Origin: Solirubrobacteraceae bacterium
GTDB taxonomy: Bacteria; Actinomycetota; Thermoleophilia; Solirubrobacterales; Solirubrobacteraceae
Length of the DNA: 64,000 bases
Assembly: GCA_036389195.1 (NCBI GenBank)
Contig: DASVQH010000432.1
Span: 7,910-71,909, forward strand
Direction of reading: 5' to 3'
A program made the position numbers and the translations under genes. The first letter of the stretch is position 1; every line of letters starts with the position of its first letter. The notes under the pieces are model-generated. The model did no database searches. It saw only the letters and a list, made by a program, of their open reading frames with translations, and was not told where the DNA came from. Positions 35,411-45,100 of the stretch are shown here, piece after piece.

Positions 35411-36066
35411 CGATTCGCCTCTACTGGGACGATCCCTACCTCAAGACGGCCTTCGCGCGCGTCGTAGCGGTCGAGGGCCGCGCCATCGTCCTCGACGCGA
35501 CGGTCTTTCATGCTCGTGGCGGTGGTCAGCCTGGCGACACCGGGACCCTTGGTGCCGACGTCGTCATCGACACCTACAACGGGCCTGACGGTCGAGTTCT
35601 CCATCTCGCCGATGGCGTCCCGTCGACCAGAGCGGGTCAGCGGGTCAGCTCGACGATCGACTGGGACCGTCGCTACGGCCTCATGCGCCATCACACTTTG
35701 CTGCACCTTCTGCATCTCGTGCTCAACGACGCTGTCGGGCCCGTCGAGCCGCTCGGCTCGGCTGTCGCCGCCGACAAGGCGCGGATCGAGTATCCCCTGC
35801 ACCGGACGGTGGATCTCGACGCGATCTCCGCCGGAATCTGCGAGCTCGTGGCGGATGACTTGGCGGCGACAGCGGAGTTCGGGGGCGACGGCGTGCGGCG
35901 ATGGTCGATTCCTGGCCAGCAACCGATCCCGTGCGGCGGTACACACGTCGCGCGGCTCGGCGAGCTCGGTCACATCTCGCTTCGCGCCAAGTCTGCGGGC
36001 CGCCGCGGCCTGCGCCTTTACGCCACCTGCGAGCTGCGGCCCGGCGGCCAGGGGACCGCGACCTGA
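35407..36066 (+). CDS. alaX: AlaX-type alanyl-tRNA editing protein (Ser/Gly-tRNA(Ala) deacylase-like)
   Basis: 'YWDDPYL', '[19 protein letters not shown]', zinc motifs 'HHTLLHLLH' (HxxxH) and 'IPCGGTHV' (CxxxH). GTG at 35407; the track ORF starts earlier at 35248. Confidence 0.75.
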   Translation: MTIRLYWDDPYLKTAFARVVAVEGRAIVLDATVFHARGGGQPGDTGTLGADVVIDTYNGPDGRVLHLADGVPSTRAGQRVSSTIDWDRRYGLMRHHTLLHLLHLVLNDAVGPVEPLGSAVAADKARIEYPLHRTVDLDAISAGICELVADDLAATAEFGGDGVRRWSIPGQQPIPCGGTHVARLGELGHISLRAKSAGRRGLRLYATCELRPGGQGTAT

Positions 36067-38519
36067 TGGACACCTACGATCCGACGCAGATCGAGCGGCG
36101 GTGGCAAGCCGCCTGGGCCGCCGATCGGGCGTGGGAGGTGCCCAACGAGGGGGACGGCGAGGCGGCGTATGTCCTCGAGATGCTGCCCTACCCCAGCGGC
36201 GAGCCGCATATCGGGCATCTGAAGAACTACGCCGTCGGAGACGCAGTCGCGCACTTCCTCCGTCGCCGAGGCAAGCGCGTGATGCACCCGATGGGCTATG
36301 ACGCGTTCGGGCTTCCTGCCGAGAATCATGCGCTCAGGACCGGCCAGCACCCGCGCGAGTCGACCGAGGCGTCGATCCGGTCTTTTCGCAGCGCGTTTGA
36401 CGCCTGGGGCATCTCCATCGACTGGACGCGGCAGTTCGCGACTCACGAGCCGGCGTATTACCGCTGGACGCAGTGGCTCTTCCTGCGGCTCTTCGAAGCG
36501 GGCCTCGCCTACCGGGCGCAGGCCCCGGTCAAGTGGTGTCCCAACGACCAGACTGTCCTGGCCAACGAGCAGGTCATCGACGGTCGCTGTGAGCGCTGCG
36601 AGACGCCAGTGGAGTCTCGACGGCTGGAGCAGTGGTTCCTGCGCATCACCGACTACGCCGAGCGCCTGCTCGAGGGCTTGAACGAGATCGACTGGCCCGA
36701 ACACGTCAAGACGATGCAGCGGAACTGGATCGGACGCTCGCAAGGCGCCCAGATCACCTTTCGCTGCGACGAGCTGCAACACGAGCTCCCGGTCTTCACG
36801 ACACGACCGGACACCGCCTATGGCGCGACCTTCGTCATTTTGGCGCCAGAGCATCCGGACGTCCTGCGGCTGACCGCCGGCACGACGCGCGAACGGGAGG
36901 TGCGCGCCTATGTCGACCACGCGGCGACGATGCCCGCGGAGCAACGGAGCAACGACAGACGGGCGCCGACCGGCGTCTCGGTCGGCCGCGTCGTGACCAA
37001 CCCGGTCAACGGCGAACAACTGCCGGTGTTCGTCGCCGACTACGTACTTGGGGACTACGGCACCGGAGCAGTGATGGGCGTGCCGGCGCATGACCGCCGC
37101 GACTTCGCTTTCGCAGAGGCTTTCGACCTCCCGATTCGAAGGGTGATCGTCGAACCCGGAGCGCCGCCGGCGCCGCTGCCCTACGTCGGAGACGGCGTGC
37201 TTGCCAACTGCGGACCAGAGCTCGACGGCCTTTCGCCGAACGCCGCAGCGGCTCAGATCCTCCGGCGCCTCAGAGACAGGGACCTGGGCCATGAGCGTCG
37301 GTCGTATCGACTGCGCGACTGGTTGGTCTCGCGCCAGCGGTACTGGGGATGCCCGATCCCGATCATCCACTGTCCGACCTGCGGTCCGGTGGCCGTCCCC
37401 GACGCAGAGCTCCCTGTGCTCCTGCCCGAGATCGAGAACTACGCGCCCGAAGGCGTCTCGCCCCTGGCCGGCGCCCACGCCTGGGTCGAGGTCGTCTGTC
37501 CTTCATGCGCGAGCCCAGCGCGACGCGACACCGACACGCTCGACACCTTCGTCGATTCGTCGTGGTACTTCCTGCGCTATTGCGATCCCGCTAGCGCAGA
37601 GGCTCCTTGGTCGCCGGCCGCCGTCGATCGTTGGATGCCGGTCGACCAGTACGTCGGCGGCGTGGAACACGCCATCCTTCATCTCCTGTACGCGCGCTTC
37701 TTCTGCAAGGCGCTGCGCGACCTCGGACATCTGTGCGTCGACGAGCCGTTTCGCCGACTGTTCACCCAGGGCATGATCACGCGCAACGGCGCGAAGATGT
37801 CCAAGAATCGGGGCAACGTCGTCTCGCCGGCCCCGATCGTCGAACGCTATGGAGCCGACACCGCACGGGCCTACGTGCTTTTCATCGCCGCGCCCGAGCA
37901 GGACGCCGACTGGAGCGACGCCGGAGTCGAGGGGATGCACCGCTTCCTCGCTCGCCTGTGGCGGCTCTGCTGCCACGCTGCCGCGACGCCCGCATCAGAG
38001 CCGCCTCGCATCCCTGAGGACGGCAACGATGACGACCGGCGCATCATGCGCAAGACGCACTGGGCGATCGAGAAGGTCACCGGCGACATGGCCGAGCGCT
38101 TTGCGCTGAACACCGCCATCGCTGCCGTGCGCGAATTGGTCAACGAGGCCTCGCCCGAACGCCAGGGCGGCGCGGCGCCCGCGACCGTGCGATTCGCGCT
38201 CACGACCGCAGTGTCCCTCATCTTCCCGTTCGCCCCGCACACGGCGTGCGACGCGTTCGACAGACTCGAGGGTCGGGCGCTCTGGCGCGAGCCATGGCCC
38301 GTCGCCGAGCAGGTTTGGCTGCATAGCGACACCTTCGAGCTCGTCGTGCAAGTCGACGGACGTCTGCGCGATCGCGTGAACGCGTCGACGAGCGCCACCG
38401 ATGAGCAACTCGTGGCCCTGGCCACCGCCCAGCCCAACGCAGCCGCATGGCTGACCGGACGCGACGTGATCAGACACGTCGTGGTGCCCGGTCGCCTGGT
38501 CAACCTCGTAACCGGCTGA
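36066..38519 (+). CDS. leuS: Leucine--tRNA ligase
   Basis: '[21 protein letters not shown]' (HIGH), '[11 protein letters not shown]', the CP1 editing region, '[10 protein letters not shown]' (KMSKS). ATG at 36066 ('[14 protein letters not shown]') overlaps the alaX stop (TGATG). The track ORF starts at 35901. Confidence 0.95.
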   Translation: MDTYDPTQIERRWQAAWAADRAWEVPNEGDGEAAYVLEMLPYPSGEPHIGHLKNYAVGDAVAHFLRRRGKRVMHPMGYDAFGLPAENHALRTGQHPRESTEASIRSFRSAFDAWGISIDWTRQFATHEPAYYRWTQWLFLRLFEAGLAYRAQAPVKWCPNDQTVLANEQVIDGRCERCETPVESRRLEQWFLRITDYAERLLEGLNEIDWPEHVKTMQRNWIGRSQGAQITFRCDELQHELPVFTTRPDTAYGATFVILAPEHPDVLRLTAGTTREREVRAYVDHAATMPAEQRSNDRRAPTGVSVGRVVTNPVNGEQLPVFVADYVLGDYGTGAVMGVPAHDRRDFAFAEAFDLPIRRVIVEPGAPPAPLPYVGDGVLANCGPELDGLSPNAAAAQILRRLRDRDLGHERRSYRLRDWLVSRQRYWGCPIPIIHCPTCGPVAVPDAELPVLLPEIENYAPEGVSPLAGAHAWVEVVCPSCASPARRDTDTLDTFVDSSWYFLRYCDPASAEAPWSPAAVDRWMPVDQYVGGVEHAILHLLYARFFCKALRDLGHLCVDEPFRRLFTQGMITRNGAKMSKNRGNVVSPAPIVERYGADTARAYVLFIAAPEQDADWSDAGVEGMHRFLARLWRLCCHAAATPASEPPRIPEDGNDDDRRIMRKTHWAIEKVTGDMAERFALNTAIAAVRELVNEASPERQGGAAPATVRFALTTAVSLIFPFAPHTACDAFDRLEGRALWREPWPVAEQVWLHSDTFELVVQVDGRLRDRVNASTSATDEQLVALATAQPNAAAWLTGRDVIRHVVVPGRLVNLVTG

Positions 38520-38557
38520 CCGCCGCGCGCGGAAAAGTGCCCCCCTGGGCGCGGCGG
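38520..38557 (+). terminator. GC-rich inverted repeat directly after leuS stop
   Basis: CCGCCGCGC (38520-38528) pairs with GCGCGGCGG (38549-38557), giving a 9-bp stem. The loop is 20 nt and there is no T-tract, so the terminator function is doubtful. Confidence 0.25.
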
Positions 38558-38656
38558 TCGCGGGTCTCCACACTGCAAGGTGCATCGGAAATCGAATCCG
38601 CCCGCCGAGCCACTGCCAAGCGAACACGACGGGCGGAGGACCCACAGGAGCACTAC

Positions 38657-39478
38657 ATGCCCCGCACGGACGGTACCGCAGATCTACAGATCATCGACGC
38701 CGAGACACTGCGTCGAGAGGACATCATCGACGTGGCCGCCGGTAAGGCGCTGGCTCTCCGCGTCCCGCACTACTACACGACCGACGACTGCGAGATCTTC
38801 GCCGAGCGCCTGCTCGCGGCCGCCTCCCTGTGGACGACCTATGCACCGGGAACGGGGGCAGACGGCATCGGCACCCTCGGCGACTCGCTCTTCGGCTGTC
38901 TGGGGCAGGAGCTGTGCGAGCAGTACTTCGAGAAGGCGCGCAGCATGCACCCGCGCCTGCGCGAGGCGGTGCACCCGTATGAGTTCCCGGTCGACCGCGT
39001 AGTGCGCGAGCTTGACCGCGAGTGGCCGCTGGGCGCCGGGCTCTTGCACGTCGACGGGCGCGCCGCCTTCTTCGGCCTGGTGCGGCGCTTCAGCACGGGG
39101 GGCGCCGCGCTGCCCCACACGGATCGCGCCGACCTCGACTACCCGTGCTCCGAGACCGCGGAGCTCTGGACGCAGCTGTTCGTGAACGTCTACCTCTCCA
39201 AGACGGAGACGGGGGGCACGGTCCGTCTGTGGAGCCACGGAGTCGACACCGCCGAGGAGTACGACCAGCTACGACTCGCGCCTGGCCACTACGCACTCGA
39301 TCGCGACCGTCTGGACCAGGCGGCCCTCGAGATCGACGTGCCGGTGGGCACCCTGCTGATCGCCGACGCCCGGAAGATCCACGAGGTCACCCCCTGCCAC
39401 GGCGAGGGGGCGCGGCTCTCGGTGAGCGGGTTCATCGGCTACTCGGGTCCGGACTCCGCTCTGCGGATGTTCAGCTGA
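38657..39478 (+). CDS. 2-oxoglutarate/Fe(II)-dependent oxygenase-like protein (273 aa)
   Basis: 'LPHTDRADLD' (HxD), 'ARKIHEVTP' (distal His) and 'RLSVSGFIGY' (Arg) lie in the order and spacing of the 2OG-oxygenase jelly-roll. ATG at 38657 has AGGAG 7 nt upstream. The track ORF starts at 38447. Confidence 0.5.
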   Translation: MPRTDGTADLQIIDAETLRREDIIDVAAGKALALRVPHYYTTDDCEIFAERLLAAASLWTTYAPGTGADGIGTLGDSLFGCLGQELCEQYFEKARSMHPRLREAVHPYEFPVDRVVRELDREWPLGAGLLHVDGRAAFFGLVRRFSTGGAALPHTDRADLDYPCSETAELWTQLFVNVYLSKTETGGTVRLWSHGVDTAEEYDQLRLAPGHYALDRDRLDQAALEIDVPVGTLLIADARKIHEVTPCHGEGARLSVSGFIGYSGPDSALRMFS

Positions 39479-39812
39479 TCGCCTACGCGTGCCCGCTCGC
39501 TTGGGGCCCGCCGGGCGATCGGCTGCAGAGCCGCGCCCGGTAGGCCCCTTGTGAGCGCCAGAGACGACGGCGCCTCGGTAGCGGACTCCGATGGGGCCCG
39601 CCCGCCGCTCCGACTGGCTGAGGACCTGCTGCGGTCCTGCGAAGGATCGCAGCTACCGATCCGCGCACACAGCCCCTCATGCCGAGGTGGTCGCGCGACC
39701 AGAGACAGGCGGCGAAGTGACCGACTCGAAGGGCCGCTCGACACGGGCCAACGCCTCGTCGTTGGAGTGACATCGTCGCTTGGTCGGCGGATGAAGTGAC
39801 ACGAAGGACGGC

Positions 39813-40852
39813 ATGTCGAGCGCACCGCGTCAGCGAGTAGATGGACATGTGCGCGTCTCCCAAGTCGGTGGGCGACACGGGGAACGCTTCATCTTGCCAG
39901 CCGTGCAGCGTGAGGCGATCGAGTCGTGGACCGCCGGGCAGGGATTCGAGCTGCTCCAGATGTTCGAGGAGCTTGATGAGTCAGGGGCGCGGGCTGACCG
40001 GCCGCTGCTCACGCTCGCGCTCGGTCGGATCTCCTCGGGGGTGTCCTCGGGGCTGGTCGTCAACCGCGTGGACAGGTTCGGGCGGTCGCTGTCGACGGGA
40101 TCTTGGCCATCGACCGGGTGCGAGCTGTCGGCGGCGGCTTCTACAGCGTGGAGGAGGGGCTCGACGTCAACACGGACGCCGGCCGGCTCGTCCTGCACAT
40201 CCTCCTCAGCACCCCCGAGTACAACCTCGCCTCGACCCGAGCCGGCTGGGAGGAAGCGCGCGCCCGAGTCATCCGCCGCGGCGCGCACACCGGCCATCCC
40301 ACGCCGGTCGGCTACCGCCGCACACGCGCCGGGCGACTCACGCCCGACGCGCAGACCGCGCCGGTCATCACCGAGGTCTACCGGCGCCGGGCGGCCGGCG
40401 AGACGCTCGGTCTGCTCTGCCGCTACCTCGCAGACAGGGGCGTCCGCACGGGCAAGGGCAATCCCGGCTGGAGCACCGGCACGCTGAGCAAGATGCTGAA
40501 GTCGCCCGTCTACCTGGGCGAGGTCCACTCAGGGACGTACGTCCGCGCCGACGCCACGAGCCCCTCACCGACCCCGCCACCTGGGAGATCGCACAGCAGC
40601 CAAGGCGCTCACCCGAAAGCACGGACCCTCCGAGCCAGCCCTCGTTTCGGGGCTCGCCAGGTGCGCGACCTGCGCCGCTCCCTTGACGAGCTGGACGCCG
40701 TCGAGCGGCGCGAGCTGATCTCCAACGTCATCGACATGGTCTTCATCGCCGCTGGCCACGGGTCGCCCGAGCAGCGCGTCACCGTCTGTCCGGCCGGCAC
40801 CGCGCGGTTCGGCACCGGCGAAGGACCTACTTCGCGCGCGACAACGACGTAG
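39813..40852 (+). pseudogene. Large serine recombinase, decayed (at least 3 frameshifts plus internal deletion)
   Basis: Resolvase domain 'HVRVSQVGG...QREAI...ELDESGARADRPLL...LVVNRVDRFGRSL'. Frameshift near 40090, then 'VDGILAIDRVRAVGGGFYSVEEGLDVNTDAGRLVLHILLS' and recombinase domain 'GYRR...VITEVYRRRAAGETLGLLCRYLADRGVRTGKGNPGWSTGTLSKMLKSPVYLGEV'. Shift near 40553, then 'HEPLTDPATWEIAQQ'. Shift near 40630, then 'PALVSGLARCATCGAPLT'. The expected zinc-ribbon/coiled-coil part is mostly missing. Confidence 0.8.
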
Positions 40853-40959
40853 CGAGATAGAGAGATCCTCCTGTCCCGCGGCGACGAGCTCGCGATGCTC
40901 TGGGAAAAACGTTCGCCCGGCGCAAGACGTGCGCAGCGCGAGGTCGACCTGATCGTCGC

Positions 40960-41640
40960 TCATGCGTCGTCGGCGCGACTCGCCATCGCGCACCTGGTTC
41001 TTGCCGCGGGGACCTGCTGACGCGGAGGGAGAATGCCGCGTAGGGCACGGCATCGCCGGTACTCCGCGGGCGTCATGACGAATGTCTTGCCGCCAGCCGG
41101 CTTGCCGCCAAGAGCCTCGTCGCGAAGGACGCTGAAGGTCTTTCCTGCCTCGCGAGCGGCCGCGTCGACGCGGTCGACCGGGGCGAGGTCGTCGTAGAGC
41201 TGACCGAGCAGCCAGTAGCGCCGCTTGGATGGGGCAAGCTCCGAAGGCAAGCGGTCTCTGGCGAGCCGAAGCGACTCCCGGCAGCCCTCGATCGACCATC
41301 GCCGAGCGTCGACGCGCTTGCGGGACATCGGCGACGGTGTTCGATGATTCCGGCGACGCGCGCGAGGGTGGGAAGCCGCAGTCGGGGATTTAGGTCCCGG
41401 TAGGACGAGCAGTCGACCTCAGACAGCAGGCGCCAGCCGAGCGCGCGGGAGACTTGCTGCACGTGCGCGACCAGATCGGGTGCGCGGGACGGCTCGTTGA
41501 GGCACTCGCGCGAGAGCGCCAGGCGCGTTGAGCGAAACGCGCGACGTCCGCTACGCAGCCGCTTGCGAGGCGCCTCCATTCGGGGGATCGCCGGAATCTG
41601 TCCACGGTCGATCGCCTCCTCGATCTCGCCGTAGTCCCAT
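40960..41640 (-). pseudogene. Decayed minus-strand coding remnant(s) of unknown function
   Basis: Two minus frames carry coding-like signal. One reads '...WDYGEIEEAIDRGQIPAI...LSRECLNEPSRAPDLVAHVQQVSRALGWRLLSEVDCSSYRDL...ARVAGIIE'. After an apparent shift near 41340 the other reads 'MSRKRVDARRWSIEGCRESLRLARDRLPSE...GKTFVMTPAEYRRC'. GC3 is lower than in neighbouring genes. Confidence 0.3.
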
Positions 41641-41669
41641 CCCCGTACCTCACGCCAGTCCAAGAAGCC

Positions 41670-41890
41670 TTGGAGGTCTACCCGCGCGACGATGATCCCT
41701 GCAGCTGGGCGGGCACGATCTCCAACCTGGGCACGGCGCTGTTCGAGCGCCGGACGGGAGACCTCGCCGCGCACATCGACGCAGCAGTCGCCGCTCACGT
41801 GGGTGCGCTGGAAGTCCGCACACCAGCCGAGCACCCCTGGGAGTGGGCCGCGCCCCGCTTCAATCTGGGGCAGGCGCTGTGGCGCCGCTC
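41670..41890 (+). pseudogene. Orphan TPR-repeat fragment
   Basis: 'WAGTISNLGTALFERRTGDLAAHIDAAVAAHVGALEVRTPAEHPWEWAAPRFNLGQALWRR' matches the W-A-x-NLG-x-A...AL repeat pattern of TPR_10/12-type repeats. It has no N-terminus or continuation. Confidence 0.4.
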
Positions 41891-42083
41891 GTCGGCTTCG
41901 CCTCGGTCGACGAACGCGCCGTGCGGGAAGACAAGTCGCACGGACTCACTGCGCCGCGCGCCGGATGGCTGTCGTCGAGGACGGCCACTGCGAGAAGGTC
42001 CGAGGTCGGAATCTGCGCAAACTGCGGGCTCTGCGTGCGACCACGCTGGCGGCGCACCGTATTCAACGGTAATGATCAGTCGA

Positions 42084-42104
42084 GATTTCGCATTGAGCGA
42101 AATC
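42084..42104 (+). promoter_or_regulatory. Perfect 8-bp stem / 5-nt loop hairpin (GATTTCGC-ATTGA-GCGAAATC) 20 nt upstream of the TcA start
   Basis: Read directly from the sequence. It is embedded in an unusually AT-rich stretch (42061-42105) of an otherwise ~70% GC window. Confidence 0.35.
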
Positions 42105-42124
42105 CCTGGGAACTGGGGCCGCAC

Positions 42125-45100
42125 ATGCGAATCGACAGCGCCGAACAGCTGCACCTCCCAGCATTCGGCGCGGCGAACCCCGCCTTCGACGTGCTCAGAG
42201 CGGACCTGCTCGATGATGACGCGCTCGACAGGCTCGACTGGACCGGGTCCGACCGCGAGGAGGCGGTGCCGACCCTCCGGCGGCTGCAGCGCCTCCTTCG
42301 TATCGAGCCGGACCTAGACACCGTCGCGCGGCTTCTCGACCACGGCTTCGACTCTGCGCAGCACGTCGCGCGGATGCCGCGCACGCGCTTCGTCGAGCTG
42401 CTGGGCGCGGAACTCAACGGAGGACGCGCCCACGCCGCGCGCGTCTATGACAGCGCGCTCACGGTGAAGTCGCGCGCCATGCACCTCGTGGCGAACGTGC
42501 ATGGGCTCGCCTCACCGCACTTCCGCGGCATGCGCGCCAACCACCTCGACGATGCGCTGCCGTCCCACTTCGAGAGCCTCTCCAGCTACGAGGAGATCTT
42601 CGGGTCGCTCGACTACTGCGAGTGCCCGGAGTGTGCGTCAATCCTCGGGCCGGCGGCATACCTGGTCGATCTGCGTCGGATCATCGACCTCGCCGTCACG
42701 CAGGCCAACACCATCCAGGCAGGGCTTGCGTTCGACGCGCGGCGACCGGACATCGGGACGATCGCGCTCACTTGCGCGAACACCGAGGGCGAGGTCCCGT
42801 ACCTTCAGATCGTCGCCGCAGTGCTCGAGCAGACGGTCGGGCCCCTGCTCAACCCGCCGGCCGCGGACTTCGACGCGGTCTATCGGGCCCTCGCCACCGC
42901 CGTCTATCCGTTCGGCCTCCCGTTCAACCTCCCGCTCACACGGATCCGCCGTTACCTCGACGCGCGCGGCGCAAGCCTCGCCGGCGTGTACTCGGCGTTC
43001 GAGACGAGCGACGCGCTCGCCGCCGAGGAGGCGCGCGAGATCCTAGGTCTCACCGCTGAGTCGTTTGCCGCCCTGGCGCCGCCGTCGACGGCGCAGCTCG
43101 CGGCCGTGGTCTCGGCGGACTACGCGTCACCAGTCGGCGCCGACGACCTGCGCGGCCTCGACCACCTCGACGTCTATGAGATCAAGACCGGCCTCCAGAC
43201 CACCGATATCCAGGCCCTCCTCACCCAGGGGCTCGGACCCCAAGAGCTGTACGACACGTCGGGCGTCTACGGGGTGACCGCCGGCAAGGGCACGAAGCTC
43301 ACGCTCGTCCAGGACGGCGCCGCGGTGACCGGGACCTACGACGCGAACGGCGGCTCGGTCGAGGGAGTGATGCAGGGTCCGACGCTCGCCGGAACCTGGC
43401 AGGAGACGAGCGGCGACGCGACGGTGCGGGGTAGCTTCGCCCTGACCTTCGCCGCCGACGGCGGGTCCTTCACCGGCGCCTGGGCGACCAAACTCGGCGC
43501 CACGGGGACGAAGACCGACTGGAGCGGCACCCGGGACCCGTCGACGCCCTCGACGCAGGGGCTGATCCCCCACAGCCTCTTCGTGAACCACGTGCTCGGC
43601 GCGCGGCAGTACCTTCAGCTCACCCGAAACGTCTCCGACCCCGACAACCCGTACGAGCAGATCACGGGCCAGTCGCTCGCCACGCTCGACACGCTGAGCC
43701 GCTTCATACGCCTGGCGCGGGCGCTCGGCTGGTCGTGGGCCGACCTCGACTGGACCCTCACGAGCATCCGGTCGCCGGTCGTCGACGGCTCCGGCAACAT
43801 CACCTCGGGCGCGGAGCTCGACGCGCCGACGCTGGTCGAGCTGGCGAAGGTGGTGCAGCTCGTCGAGGGCTACGGGCTGCCGCTGCCGCTGGTCCAAGCG
43901 CTGTCGTTCGACCTGAAGACCACGGGCCGGGGCAGCGGCGCCAGCTCGGCGGCGCCGTTCGACCTGATCTTCAACGACCCGACGGTCCTGGCGCAGTCGC
44001 TCGGCCGCGCCCCTTATCACCCGGAGTTCAAGGGCACGGGCGGCTTCCCCAACCCGCTCTACCGCGACACGGTGCAGGACTGGACGATCGGATCGACCGG
44101 CGGCGGGACGCCCGCGGGCCAGATCGTCGCGAGCCTGCCGGCCGCGCCCGGGGACCTTCAGCGCATCGCCGTGGCTCTGTTCGGCGCCGACGCGACCGTA
44201 CCCCTGACGGTGGCCAACCTGTCGGCCCTCCACCGCCACACGGCGCTGGCCACCGAGCTCGGGCTGGACGGCGGCTCGTACGTGACGTTGGCCGGGCTTG
44301 TCGGGCTGGCCGCTGAAGGTTCGCTGCCGCTTGCACTCGACCGCGACCAGACGCTGAAGCTGCTGACCACCGCCCGTTGGATCGCGGGGACCGGGCTGAG
44401 CGTCGACGACGGCGCCTACATCGTGGCGGGCACCGCGGCGCCCAGTGTCACCATCGGCTACGATCCCGCGGGCCTCCCCGGCTTTCTGGCTGGGCTCGCC
44501 CAGTTCTTCCAGCCGGCGCTCGTCAGCGCGGCGACCTTCGAGTCGCAACTCGTCGACGGCCCCACCGCGGAGGCGGTCCTCCAGCCGCTTATCAACCAAG
44601 GCTACGTTGACCCGCTCGGCGTGGTGGCGAAGGACCCCGCCGCGACGGCGCCCGACTTGTCGGACCTCGCCGGCTACGCCCCGGCGATCGGGGCGCTGTC
44701 CGCGGCCCAGCAGGTCGACGTCCTGGCACGGCTGAGCGCGGCGCGCGCGCGTCAGCAGGCGTCGCTCGGCAGCCAGCTCAGCGGGCTGCTCGGCCTGGCT
44801 CAGACTGCGGCGGTCACCCTCGCCGCCGGGTCTGCGGCCTGGCTGCGGCTCGCCGACCCTGTCGAGCCGTTCATGACCAACCCGCTGTTCAGCGTCGCGC
44901 CGGCCAGCGTGTTCGTCGCCGGCGCACTCGACCCGGCCCGCGTGCAGGCCGCCTTCGGGCTGCACGGCATCACGCTCGAGGCCGTGCCGGAGATCGACAC
45001 CCTCACCGTCACGAGCTGGGAGGTGACCGCGACCGAGAACGATGCGGCGGTCGGTTTCACCGCCGTCATGCCGGACGGCGAGACGGTGACGTTCTACGCG

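Noticed and set aside
35901-36065. N-terminal extensions of leuS (35901), the alaX-like gene (35248), the oxygenase-like gene (38447), the STAND gene (to 23983), the SIR2 gene (to 28611) and the aminotransferase (to 8886).
   Set aside because: The extensions are low-complexity Arg/Pro/Ser-rich or overlap upstream genes. Internal starts coincide with conserved family N-termini and/or SD-like sequences.
39689-39700. GC-rich palindromes in the 39.48-39.81 kb intergenic region (e.g. GGTCGCGCGACC; GGACC-N6-GGTCC), considered as att or operator sites.
   Set aside because: Short GC palindromes are frequent by chance at this base composition, and I could find no matching repeat at the other island end by eye.
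41843-42124. Upstream extension of the TcA ORF (track start 41843).
   Set aside because: The extension translates to a non-protein-like leader and spans the AT-rich hairpin region. The ATG at 42125 begins the recognisable TcA N-terminus.
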